From Bacilli bacterium (GTDB lineage Bacteria > Bacillota_I > Bacilli_A > RFN20 > CAG-826): a stretch of DNA of 64,000 bases. The DNA lies in assembly GCA_024695105.1 (NCBI GenBank), contig JAILIV010000021.1, positions 15,666 through 79,665 on the forward strand, given 5' to 3'. A program made the position numbers and the translations under genes. Shown here one piece after another: positions 55,671-64,000 of this stretch. Each line of letters begins with the position of its first letter. The first letter of the stretch is position 1. Below the pieces are notes generated by a model. It was not told the DNA's origin. It worked only from the letters and a program-made list of their open reading frames with translations, and did no database searches.

Positions 55671-58568
55671 ATGCGAAGATTCATCTCCTATCTCTTGCTT
55701 TGCGGGGCCACGCTGCTGGGCGTGGGAGCCGCCACCGTCCCGACGTTGCTCAAACTCGACGCCGACTTGGCCTATGACGCCGGACAAACCCTTTATTTCC
55801 GGGCCAGCGAATGGAACGAGAATAGCCTCAATGGCAACTACACCGGCGAAAACGGGGCCTTTTTGACTTATGACGACGGCCTTCCCGCGGGGGCGAAGCA
55901 ACCCATCGCCTACATCGCCGACACGATCCGCGACCGCCTCGACGCCTATGGCATCTCCGGTTACAAAGTGGCGACCCAAGGATCCGACACCGTCGCGGTC
56001 ACCCTCCGCACCCCCAAGGATTCCCAAACCCAATACACCTACCTCGAAAGCTATCTTTCCTTCTCCGGCGGCAACTATGAGCTCGACGCGACCTTGGACG
56101 CCAACGACGCCGCGGAAGGCTATGCCTACAACCAACTTTGGGCCGATATCATCGACGGGCAGACCGCGCGTATCGAGGATATGGAGCAAGGGCAATATAA
56201 CGTCCCCACCGTCGTCATCCCCCTCAAGAGTGGGGACGACTACAAGACCGCCTTCCTCGACTTGGTGAAATTCTGCAAGGACAACACCAACGAAGCCGAC
56301 GAGCAGTCGGGGACCGAAGCCAAATCCACCAACCTGGTCGTTTGGGCCAACCGTTTGGAGGACGATTACTACAAATACGCTTCCGCCAACCCTAACGTCG
56401 GCAGCAAGATCCTTTCCGTGGTCAACCCCGACAACGCCGTCTGGTACGATTCCAGCGATACCGATCAGGCATACCCTTCCCTCCGTTTGATCCCCTCTTC
56501 CTCCGCCACCTCGGGCAGCCAATACGACCCGACCAAGACCCAGGAAGCCTATGACGCCGCCCGCACTTTGATGCTCACCTTCAACGCGGGGAGCTTCCAA
56601 TACGATGCCTTAAAGGCTTCCTCCAGCGCTTCCGCGCCGCGTTTCGCCGTTCACTTCGCTTATAGCGAAAAGTCCCCGGCGACCGTCGAATCCCTCTTCG
56701 TCAACGGCGATTGGAACCGTTCCGTCGCGATGTCGGCGACCTTGATTTCCACCCTCGTGGTCATCGCGGCCTTGGCGGTGCTGCTTGGTTTCTTCGAACG
56801 CGCCCTGGCCCCGTTACATTTGGCGGTGGTGGGCGTCACCGGATTCTCCGCGCTTGCGGTCTTCATCGCTTTCGGGGCCCAATTCAACATCGCCGCCCTC
56901 ATCGGATTGTCCTGCTCCGCTTTGGTGGCGCTATTCGGTTCGCTCTTCTATTCCTCCCGCCTCAAGGACGAACTCCATAAGGGCCGTACCTTGAAGAAAG
57001 CCCACGCCGAAGCCACCCGCAAGGCGCTTTGGCCGACCATCGACATGGGCATCGTCTCCGTCGTGGTGGGGCTTTGCGTCTATGGACTCGGCGGCGACGT
57101 GGCCTCCAAAGCCGGCGTCATGTTGGTCTTGGGCGGCTTCTTCGGATTGATCGCCAACCTTCTTTACGCCCGCATCGCCGGATGGTTGCTCTGCAACGAC
57201 TCCACCTTGGCGGAGAAGTTCCATAAGTACCTCGGCGTGCGCCAGGAGAACATCCCCGACCTCGCCAAAATGGAGAAGCAGACCTACTTCGGACCGTTTG
57301 CGGACCGCGACTTCACCCGTGGCAAATTCATCTCCTTGATCGCCACTGGCTTGTTCGTTTTGGCCGGTATCGGCGCGACCATCGGGTTTGGCGTGGCCAA
57401 TAAGGGCAGTTCCTTTTTCAACTCGAATGGCTACGAGGCTTCCTCCCCCGTCCTCCGCATCGACGTGCGTAGTTCCGAAGCCGATAACATCACCATTTCC
57501 TCGCTTCGCGAAACCAGTGACCTCAGCGACGTCAATTTCAAGGAAGGCGACGCTCCCGAGGACATCTTCCATACCTATAAACTCGATGGCCAGTACTTGG
57601 CTTCCTATGTGACCGACATCGCCCTTTCCGCCTCCTCTAAGGCCGTGTATGTGGGCGAAGGAGACACCATCGAGACCTATTATTGGTTCTATTACGAGGC
57701 GAAGCTTGGCAAGGCCAATTCCTTGTTGAACTCCGCCCTGACCGACGAAAACGTCGATTTGAAGATCACCAAATGGAACGGCGCCGAATACGCGCCCTTC
57801 GCCGGAACGAGCTTCTCCGAGCTTTCCTCCGACATCATCTCGAGCTTCGTCGGCAGCGACATCAAGGACATCCTGAATTCCGGCGCCTTCTCCGATGATT
57901 GCTACATCACCTTCTCCCTCGTGGCCCCGGCGGATCTGACCCCGTACCTCTGGCAGGTCGCCCTTTCCGTTGGCGTGGGCATCGCCGCCGCGCTAGTGTA
58001 CCTTTGCATCCGTTTCCGTCCGAGCCGTGGCTTGATCGCGGGAGTGGCGGTGGCCGCCAGCGCCTTCGTCAGCGTCACCTTCTTCATCCTTACCCGCATT
58101 TCCACGCTTCCGGTGGTGGCCCTTGGCTGCATCCCCGTCGTCGTGGCGGGCTTAGCCATGGCTTTGTTCTTGCTTAACGCCGAGAAAGAGATCTACCGCG
58201 AGTCCAAGGAACGCGACAAAAACACCGCCGCCTTCCGTCTGGATTGCCTGGAAAAGGCCAACGCACGCCAGGGAGGCAATATCCTCTTCTACGCGCTTCT
58301 TGCCTTCTATCCGCCGGTCATCTGCCTCGCCTTCTCCCCGCGGATCTATGGCACCGTCTATATCGCCTGCGTGCTTGGCTTAGCCTTCGCCACGGCGTTG
58401 ACCCTAACCGCGGTGACCCCGCTTTCGGGCGTGCTTGGCAATGCCTTCTCCAAGATCCGTTTGCCGCAGGGCAACAAGAAAAAGAAGAAAGCCAAAGGCG
58501 GGCAGCTTCTTAAGAAGAAGAGCTCGGCCGAACCCGAGGAATCGATCTTCATCGGCATCAACGACTAA
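55671..58568 (+). CDS. secDF: Fused protein-export membrane protein SecDF
   Basis: 965-aa single polypeptide with SecD-like and SecF-like 6-TM bundles and two large extracytoplasmic domains. Conserved ruvAB-secDF-recJ-relA synteny. Confidence 0.9.
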   Translation: MRRFISYLLLCGATLLGVGAATVPTLLKLDADLAYDAGQTLYFRASEWNENSLNGNYTGENGAFLTYDDGLPAGAKQPIAYIADTIRDRLDAYGISGYKVATQGSDTVAVTLRTPKDSQTQYTYLESYLSFSGGNYELDATLDANDAAEGYAYNQLWADIIDGQTARIEDMEQGQYNVPTVVIPLKSGDDYKTAFLDLVKFCKDNTNEADEQSGTEAKSTNLVVWANRLEDDYYKYASANPNVGSKILSVVNPDNAVWYDSSDTDQAYPSLRLIPSSSATSGSQYDPTKTQEAYDAARTLMLTFNAGSFQYDALKASSSASAPRFAVHFAYSEKSPATVESLFVNGDWNRSVAMSATLISTLVVIAALAVLLGFFERALAPLHLAVVGVTGFSALAVFIAFGAQFNIAALIGLSCSALVALFGSLFYSSRLKDELHKGRTLKKAHAEATRKALWPTIDMGIVSVVVGLCVYGLGGDVASKAGVMLVLGGFFGLIANLLYARIAGWLLCNDSTLAEKFHKYLGVRQENIPDLAKMEKQTYFGPFADRDFTRGKFISLIATGLFVLAGIGATIGFGVANKGSSFFNSNGYEASSPVLRIDVRSSEADNITISSLRETSDLSDVNFKEGDAPEDIFHTYKLDGQYLASYVTDIALSASSKAVYVGEGDTIETYYWFYYEAKLGKANSLLNSALTDENVDLKITKWNGAEYAPFAGTSFSELSSDIISSFVGSDIKDILNSGAFSDDCYITFSLVAPADLTPYLWQVALSVGVGIAAALVYLCIRFRPSRGLIAGVAVAASAFVSVTFFILTRISTLPVVALGCIPVVVAGLAMALFLLNAEKEIYRESKERDKNTAAFRLDCLEKANARQGGNILFYALLAFYPPVICLAFSPRIYGTVYIACVLGLAFATALTLTAVTPLSGVLGNAFSKIRLPQGNKKKKKAKGGQLLKKKSSAEPEESIFIGIND

Positions 58569-60127
58569 TGGACGAGTTCTGCGAACGCCTGCTTGAATAC
58601 TACGACCTTTCCGAAGAGGACTATGCGCGCATTTCGCGCGAGCCCTCTTTTTCGGATATTCCACGGATTGACGACGATTTGGCCGTGACCACGGCGAAAT
58701 CACGCATCCAAAAGGCCATCGACGGCAACGAAAAGGTCTTGGTGTACGGGGACTACGACACCGATGGCATCATGGCCACGTCCATCATGATGCGCTGCTT
58801 CCACAAGCTTCATAAGACGGCTTCGTTTTTCATCCCGAGTCGGTATGAGGATGGGTATGGCCTCAACATGGATAACGCCATGCGTATCGCCAAAAGCGGC
58901 TACCACCTCGTCATCTTGGTCGATAACGGGGTAGGGTGCCTGCAAGAGGTTTCCTATCTTCTTTCCCAAGGGATCGAGACGATCATCATCGATCACCACG
59001 AGTTGCCTGAGGTCCTCCCCCCGGCTTTGGCCACGATCCATCCAAAGCTTTTGCCCTATGGGCAATTCCCCGTTTCCGCCGGATACCTTTGCTTTTTGTT
59101 CTCCCTCGCCCTTTTGGGGGAGAAAGACGATTACCTTTTGACCTTAGGGGCGATTTCCACCGTATCGGATTGCATGCCGATCCGCGGTCATAACAAAACG
59201 TTATTGGCCCTTTCCTTGCGTGCGATCCGGGCGAATAAATACCCTGAGTTATCGTTATTGACCGAGCGGCAGATCATCGACGAGTTCGTGCTGTCGATGA
59301 ACGTCGTCCCCATCATCAACGCGGTGGGGCGCATCGTCGAGGACCATAGTTTGGCTCGGGTGGTCCACTTTTTCGCCGACGAAGACCCCAAGGACAAACA
59401 ACGTTTGGCGGAGTGGATGAAGCAAATCAACGAGATGCGCAAGAAAGCCACCGCCGAGGCCATCGCTTCCATCCGTCCCGACGTGAAACTTCCCGCGATC
59501 ACGGTGGTGGGACGCTTAAAGGAAGGCTTGAACGGATTATTGGCCAACCGCCTTCTTTCCAGCTACCGTAAGCCCTGTTGCGTCTTCTCGCAAAGCAAGA
59601 AGGAACCCGATTGCTACGTGGGCTCGCTTCGAGGCAAGGAGGGCTTCAACGTCATGGAATTCCTCCACGGCGTATCTTCCCTCACCGTGCGCTTTGGCGG
59701 GCATGATTTCGCGGGAGGCGTCACGATCAAAAAGGACGATTACCCCGCCTTCAAGGACGCGTTTGAGAAATACGCCTTCCGTCACCCGATATCGCCCGAC
59801 GACAAAACCCCGATTCCGCTGTCCTTAAAAGACATCACGTCGCGGAATTATCGGATCATCCGTTCCTTCGGGCCCTTTGGCCACGATTACGAAGAGCCGA
59901 AGTTCCTTTTGGACCCTCTTCCCATCTCCTCGCTTCAGTTCACCCGCGATGGCAAGATGCTTTCTTCGCCCTTAGGCTATGACGCGAAGCTATTTTCCTT
60001 TTCCTATGGGCGTCCGCTTCATGTGGATGAAGACGAAACCGTGCGTTTGATCGGAAACTTCCGTCTCGAGGATTACCGCGGCAAGGTGACGATTCGCTTC
60101 CTGTGCGAAAAGGCGCCTGTTCAATAA
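58568..60127 (+). CDS. recJ: Single-stranded-DNA-specific exonuclease RecJ-like (DHH/DHHA1)
   Basis: DHH motifs VLVYGDYDTDGIMA, VDNG and IIIDHHE, plus a DHHA1 GGH motif (RFGGHDFAGG). Confidence 0.8.
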   Translation: MDEFCERLLEYYDLSEEDYARISREPSFSDIPRIDDDLAVTTAKSRIQKAIDGNEKVLVYGDYDTDGIMATSIMMRCFHKLHKTASFFIPSRYEDGYGLNMDNAMRIAKSGYHLVILVDNGVGCLQEVSYLLSQGIETIIIDHHELPEVLPPALATIHPKLLPYGQFPVSAGYLCFLFSLALLGEKDDYLLTLGAISTVSDCMPIRGHNKTLLALSLRAIRANKYPELSLLTERQIIDEFVLSMNVVPIINAVGRIVEDHSLARVVHFFADEDPKDKQRLAEWMKQINEMRKKATAEAIASIRPDVKLPAITVVGRLKEGLNGLLANRLLSSYRKPCCVFSQSKKEPDCYVGSLRGKEGFNVMEFLHGVSSLTVRFGGHDFAGGVTIKKDDYPAFKDAFEKYAFRHPISPDDKTPIPLSLKDITSRNYRIIRSFGPFGHDYEEPKFLLDPLPISSLQFTRDGKMLSSPLGYDAKLFSFSYGRPLHVDEDETVRLIGNFRLEDYRGKVTIRFLCEKAPVQ

Positions 60128-60152
60128 CGCGCGGGTATATATTTAAGGCGAT

Positions 60153-62381
60153 ATGGAACCAGAGAAGAAGTTGCTTCCAAACGGGGGCTACCCCATGCAC
60201 CGCTTCGAGGACCTCGAGTCGCTTTACTTCGTCTACATTTCCAATCCCCAGGACCGCGACTTGATCCGCCGGGCCTATGAATACGCCGCCTTGAAGCACA
60301 AAGACCAAGTCCGTCGCTCGGGCGAACCCTATATCCAGCATCCGATCGAGGTCGCCTATATCTTGGCCCAGTTACAGTCTGGGCCCGCCACGATCGCCGC
60401 GGGGTTTTTGCATGACGTGGTGGAGGACACCGACGCCACGATCGAGCTCATTGAGGAGATGTTCGGACCCGATGTCGCGAAAATCGTCGACGCCCTTACC
60501 AAAATCCAGCGCATGAAGCTTTCCCACATGACGGCGGAGGACTTCGAGGCGGAAGACCACCGAAAGATCTTCTTGGGCATGGCAAACGACGTGCGCGTCA
60601 TCTTGGTCAAACTGGCCGACCGTCTCCACAACATGCGCACCTTGGACTCCTTGTCGCCCCAACGGCAAATCGCCTTGGCCAAAGAGACCTTGGAGGTGTT
60701 CACGCCCATCGCCCACCGTTTGGGTATCTATACCGTCCAATCCGAGTTGGAGGACCTTTCCCTCAAATACCTCGAACCGCAGAAATACGCGACCGTTTTG
60801 CAATTGGTCAACGAGAAGTACGAACACCGAAAGCAGTCCCTCGAAAGCCTCAAGAAACGCATCGCCGACATCCTCCTCGACCATAAGATCCCGTTTAAGA
60901 TGGAGTCGCGGGTCAAGTCGATTTACTCCATTTATAAGAAAATGTATAAGAAGGGCCATTCCTTCGATGACATTTACGATGTTTTGGCCATTCGTATCAT
61001 CACTGAAAGCGTGTTGAACTGCTACGAAATCCTCGGCGTCATCCATTCGGTGTACAAACCGATCCCCGGGCGCTTCAAGGATTACATCGCCATGCCAAAG
61101 CCCAACATGTACCAGTCTCTGCATACCTCGATCCTCACCGGGGATGGTCAGGTGTATGAGGTACAGATCCGAACCGAGGAAATGGACTCCATCGCCGAAA
61201 CCGGCGTGGCCGCCCACTGGAAATACAAGGAAGGCAACAACTATAACGCCAAGGCGGAACAGAAGGAGATCGAGCAGAAGCTTCACTGGTTCCGTGACTT
61301 CATCAACGTCTCCGCCGAGCACCAAGAAGGCTCCGCATCCGAATACATGGAGGCCCTCTCCAACGACATCTTCGGGGCCAATGTCTATGTGTTCACCCCG
61401 CTTGGCAAGGTCATTGACCTCCCATCGGGGGCGACCACTTTGGACTTCGCCTACAAAATCCATACCAAAGTGGGGGATTCCGCCATCGGCGCCATCGTTA
61501 ACGGCCAGCACGTTCCCTTAAACACCGTCTTAAAGACGGGCGACGTCTGCGAGATCCGTACCTCCAAGTCCGCCCGTCCCAACGATTCCTGGCTGGAGAT
61601 CGCCAAGACCAACTCCGCCAAAAACCACATCCGCCGCGCCTTGCAGCGCCGCGACGCCGATTTGCTTCGCCAAGAACGTATCAAGGCCGGACGCCAATCC
61701 TTGGTCGACGCCTTCAAGATGCAGGGGATCGAAGAGGCCGAGATGGTCCATCTGATCGAGGATAGCGACAAACTGCGCAACGAATACCATTACGACACCT
61801 TCGACGACCTCTGCGTCATGGTGTATGGCAAAAACCCCGCGCCCGGCGCCATCATCGATATGCTGCGCCTGCGCAAGAAAGCGGCTCCGCGCCCCTTGCC
61901 CAAGGCCTCAAAGAAAGCCAAGGACCAAGTCGATGACAAAACCCCCGTCGAAGTGGAAGGGGGCGTTACCGGCCTCGCCATTTCCTTTGGCCAATGCTGC
62001 ACCCCGATTCCCGGGGACGCGATCGTGGGTTTTATCACCCGTGGCAAAGGAATCACCGTGCACCGTCAGGATTGCCCCAACGTCGCCGACGGCAAGCGCT
62101 TGGTCCCCATGCACTGGAAGGCCGATTTGGGCGTTTCCGTTTACCCCGTCGATATCGAGGTGTTCGCCAACGACCGCCCCAATCTCGTCTATGACATATT
62201 GCAGACCTTCGCGGCCAAATCCGTGGCCGTGCGCGACCTCCACGCCCACCTCACCGGCGAAACCGGCACTTGTTTGGTGTCCATGACCGTCGCCGTCCCG
62301 CACGCGAAGACCTTGGAGGATTGCTTCGCGGACCTTTTGGGTGTCAAAGGCGTCTACGAGGTAGGCCGGGTTACCCATTGA
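60153..62381 (+). CDS. relA: Bifunctional (p)ppGpp synthetase/hydrolase Rel (RelA/SpoT homolog)
   Basis: HD hydrolase domain (HPIEVAYIL, HDVVED), synthetase domain (YQSLHTSI), and TGS and ACT domains. Confidence 0.9.
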   Translation: MEPEKKLLPNGGYPMHRFEDLESLYFVYISNPQDRDLIRRAYEYAALKHKDQVRRSGEPYIQHPIEVAYILAQLQSGPATIAAGFLHDVVEDTDATIELIEEMFGPDVAKIVDALTKIQRMKLSHMTAEDFEAEDHRKIFLGMANDVRVILVKLADRLHNMRTLDSLSPQRQIALAKETLEVFTPIAHRLGIYTVQSELEDLSLKYLEPQKYATVLQLVNEKYEHRKQSLESLKKRIADILLDHKIPFKMESRVKSIYSIYKKMYKKGHSFDDIYDVLAIRIITESVLNCYEILGVIHSVYKPIPGRFKDYIAMPKPNMYQSLHTSILTGDGQVYEVQIRTEEMDSIAETGVAAHWKYKEGNNYNAKAEQKEIEQKLHWFRDFINVSAEHQEGSASEYMEALSNDIFGANVYVFTPLGKVIDLPSGATTLDFAYKIHTKVGDSAIGAIVNGQHVPLNTVLKTGDVCEIRTSKSARPNDSWLEIAKTNSAKNHIRRALQRRDADLLRQERIKAGRQSLVDAFKMQGIEEAEMVHLIEDSDKLRNEYHYDTFDDLCVMVYGKNPAPGAIIDMLRLRKKAAPRPLPKASKKAKDQVDDKTPVEVEGGVTGLAISFGQCCTPIPGDAIVGFITRGKGITVHRQDCPNVADGKRLVPMHWKADLGVSVYPVDIEVFANDRPNLVYDILQTFAAKSVAVRDLHAHLTGETGTCLVSMTVAVPHAKTLEDCFADLLGVKGVYEVGRVTH

Positions 62382-62406
62382 TGGTTTTATCGCCACAAAT
62401 TGCCGA

Positions 62407-62982
62407 ATGAAGATCAACCGCGTTTTGCTTTATGCCCAACTCATCGCGATGTATGTGATGCATACGCCACTGTACGCCATTTTGGTTTTGATCCGTTTCC
62501 CCCGCACCGAGGCGTTGGACGCGTGGGTGTCTGGGTTGCTGATCGCCTCGCTGGTCTTGATGGCGTTGGCCTTCCCTTTGTGCCTACTCAACGCGGGGTT
62601 TTCCATCGCCTCCATCTTCAAGGGAGAGGAAAGCCCGACCAAAACGACCATGGTCGTCAAGGTTGCCTTGATCCCATGGTATGCGTTGAACTTCGTTTTC
62701 TGTTTTCTGCTCGTCGCGGGTTTCATGAACCCGTGGCTGATGCTCGCCATACCCGTGCTGGTGGGCGTTTTGGTAAGCGTCACGTACCTTTTCATGCTGT
62801 CGACCACTCTTCCAGATGTCGCCTTTCTCATTCGCCAGGGATGGAAGCGACGCGTGCGTCCTAACGGTTTGACCATCGTCGGCTTGGTCTTCCTGTTTTT
62901 CTTCTGTTTGGACATCCTTGGGGCCGTCTTCGTCCATATCGGCGGGGAAAAGAAACGCGAGGATGTGCCCACGGAGACGTGA
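62407..62982 (+). CDS. Hypothetical membrane protein with five to six predicted transmembrane helices
   Basis: Hydrophobic 191-aa ORF with no recognisable motif. Confidence 0.5.
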   Translation: MKINRVLLYAQLIAMYVMHTPLYAILVLIRFPRTEALDAWVSGLLIASLVLMALAFPLCLLNAGFSIASIFKGEESPTKTTMVVKVALIPWYALNFVFCFLLVAGFMNPWLMLAIPVLVGVLVSVTYLFMLSTTLPDVAFLIRQGWKRRVRPNGLTIVGLVFLFFFCLDILGAVFVHIGGEKKREDVPTET

Positions 62983-63039
62983 GAGTGTTCCAAACGCGTT
63001 AGCGCGCGCCTATAATTAACACCGTCATTGGGAGGAACT

Positions 63040-64000
63040 ATGTCCAACGTCAATCCTGTCAAAGGCACCCACGACGTCATTGGCTTCGAAGCCGACGCCT
63101 ATGCCTATATCGAACACGTATTCAGCCAAGTGGCCTATTCTTTTGGGTACGACCGCATCGTCACGCCCATCTTTGAGCATACCGAGGTATTCGACCGCGC
63201 GACCGGGGAAAGCTCCGACGTCGTCCGCAAGGAGATGTACACCTTCTTGGACAAGGGCGACCGTTCGTTGACCTTGCGCCCGGAAGGCACCGCGGGGGTG
63301 ATGCGTAGCATCGTCACCAACAAGCTTTATGTCACGCCCGATCTTCCGTTGAAGCTTTTCTATTCGGGCACCATGTACCGTTATGAGCGGCCCCAGCTCG
63401 GGCGATTCCGCGAGTTCCGCCAGATCGGCGTGGAATGCGTGGGGGAGGATAACCCTTATATCGACGCCGAGACCATCGCGTTAGCCATGCGCATCCTCCA
63501 GTCCTTGGGATTCCAAGGCTTGAAGGTCAAAGTCAACACGTTGGGGGACAAAGCTTCCCGCGAAGCCTATAAGAAAGCGCTACGGGAGTATTTCGCCCCG
63601 CGGATCGACGATATGTGCGAGGATTGCCATCAGCGTTTGGTCCTGAACCCGATGCGCATCCTTGACTGCAAGGTCCCGCAGGATCAGGAAATGGCCAAAT
63701 CCGCCCCGCGCATGGGTGAATTCCTCTCGGAAGAATCCAAGCAACGGTTCAAAAAGACGTTGTCGCTTTTGGACGATTTGGACATCGACTATGAAATCGA
63801 CGATGGCTTGGTTCGCGGCCTGGATTACTATGGCGAGGTCGTCTTCGAGATCCATTGCCTCTCGCATCTAGGCAAAGACTATGGCGCGATCTGCGGCGGT
63901 GGCCATTACGAAGGGTTGCTTTCCACCTTTGGTGGGCCTTCCGACATCGACGTCGGCGTGGGCTTTGCCATGGGGGTGGAGCGCATCTATTCGCTGATGT
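63040..64000 (+). CDS. hisS: Histidyl-tRNA synthetase, N-terminal part; the 3' end lies beyond the window
   Basis: Class II motif 1 and the histidine-binding region (GTHDVIGFEADAY, LRPEGTAGVMR, RYERPQLGRFREFRQIGVE). TATAAT and GGAGG precede the ATG at 63040. Confidence 0.9.
   Translation, partial: MSNVNPVKGTHDVIGFEADAYAYIEHVFSQVAYSFGYDRIVTPIFEHTEVFDRATGESSDVVRKEMYTFLDKGDRSLTLRPEGTAGVMRSIVTNKLYVTPDLPLKLFYSGTMYRYERPQLGRFREFRQIGVECVGEDNPYIDAETIALAMRILQSLGFQGLKVKVNTLGDKASREAYKKALREYFAPRIDDMCEDCHQRLVLNPMRILDCKVPQDQEMAKSAPRMGEFLSEESKQRFKKTLSLLDDLDIDYEIDDGLVRGLDYYGEVVFEIHCLSHLGKDYGAICGGGHYEGLLSTFGGPSDIDVGVGFAMGVERIYSLM

Noticed and set aside
1-64000. Genetic code 4 (UGA=Trp), considered because of the Mollicutes-like features
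   Set aside because: lspA, mutS2, prp, ruvA and GT2 all end at TGA exactly where homologs end, and no conserved Trp positions coincide with TGA. The standard bacterial code applies.

Overview
This 64-kb window is gene-dense, about 58-60% GC, and uses the standard genetic code (TGA is a stop at several well-defined gene ends). It has a Firmicutes-type core. The core genes are ileS-lspA-rluD, rnhC (RNase HIII), mutS2-uvrC, tig-lon-engB, a T-box-regulated valS, radC, rplU-prp-rpmA, obg, ruvAB, secDF-recJ-relA and hisS. Many adjacent genes overlap by ATGA or TAATG, which suggests a compact genome. Surface proteins carry lipoprotein lipoboxes or C-terminal transmembrane anchors and none carries LPXTG, so a wall-less or Mollicutes-related high-GC Bacillota is plausible; this is an inference. 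Three accessory regions stand out. (1) A lower-GC ~4-kb island next to a tRNA-Arg(TCT) gene carries a tight three-gene minus-strand module: a DUF3883-like PD-(D/E)xK nuclease-domain protein, a protein with a C-terminal XRE helix-turn-helix, and a small vWA/MIDAS protein. The island also contains a frameshifted gene and a tiny hydrophobic peptide ORF. This is the best candidate for an undescribed defence-like system. (2) A ~2.8-kb lower-GC insert between engB and valS encodes a SHOCT-domain membrane protein and a 450-aa hypothetical protein. (3) A ~23-kb starch/pullulan/maltodextrin utilisation locus sits between rpmA and obg, which are normally adjacent. It has five GH13 enzymes, a MalEFG-type ABC transporter with a very large MalF, two paralogous lipoproteins sharing an unassigned C-terminal domain, and a surface protein with CBM25/26-like repeats. 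No CRISPR array, rRNA gene, integrase or transposase was seen.
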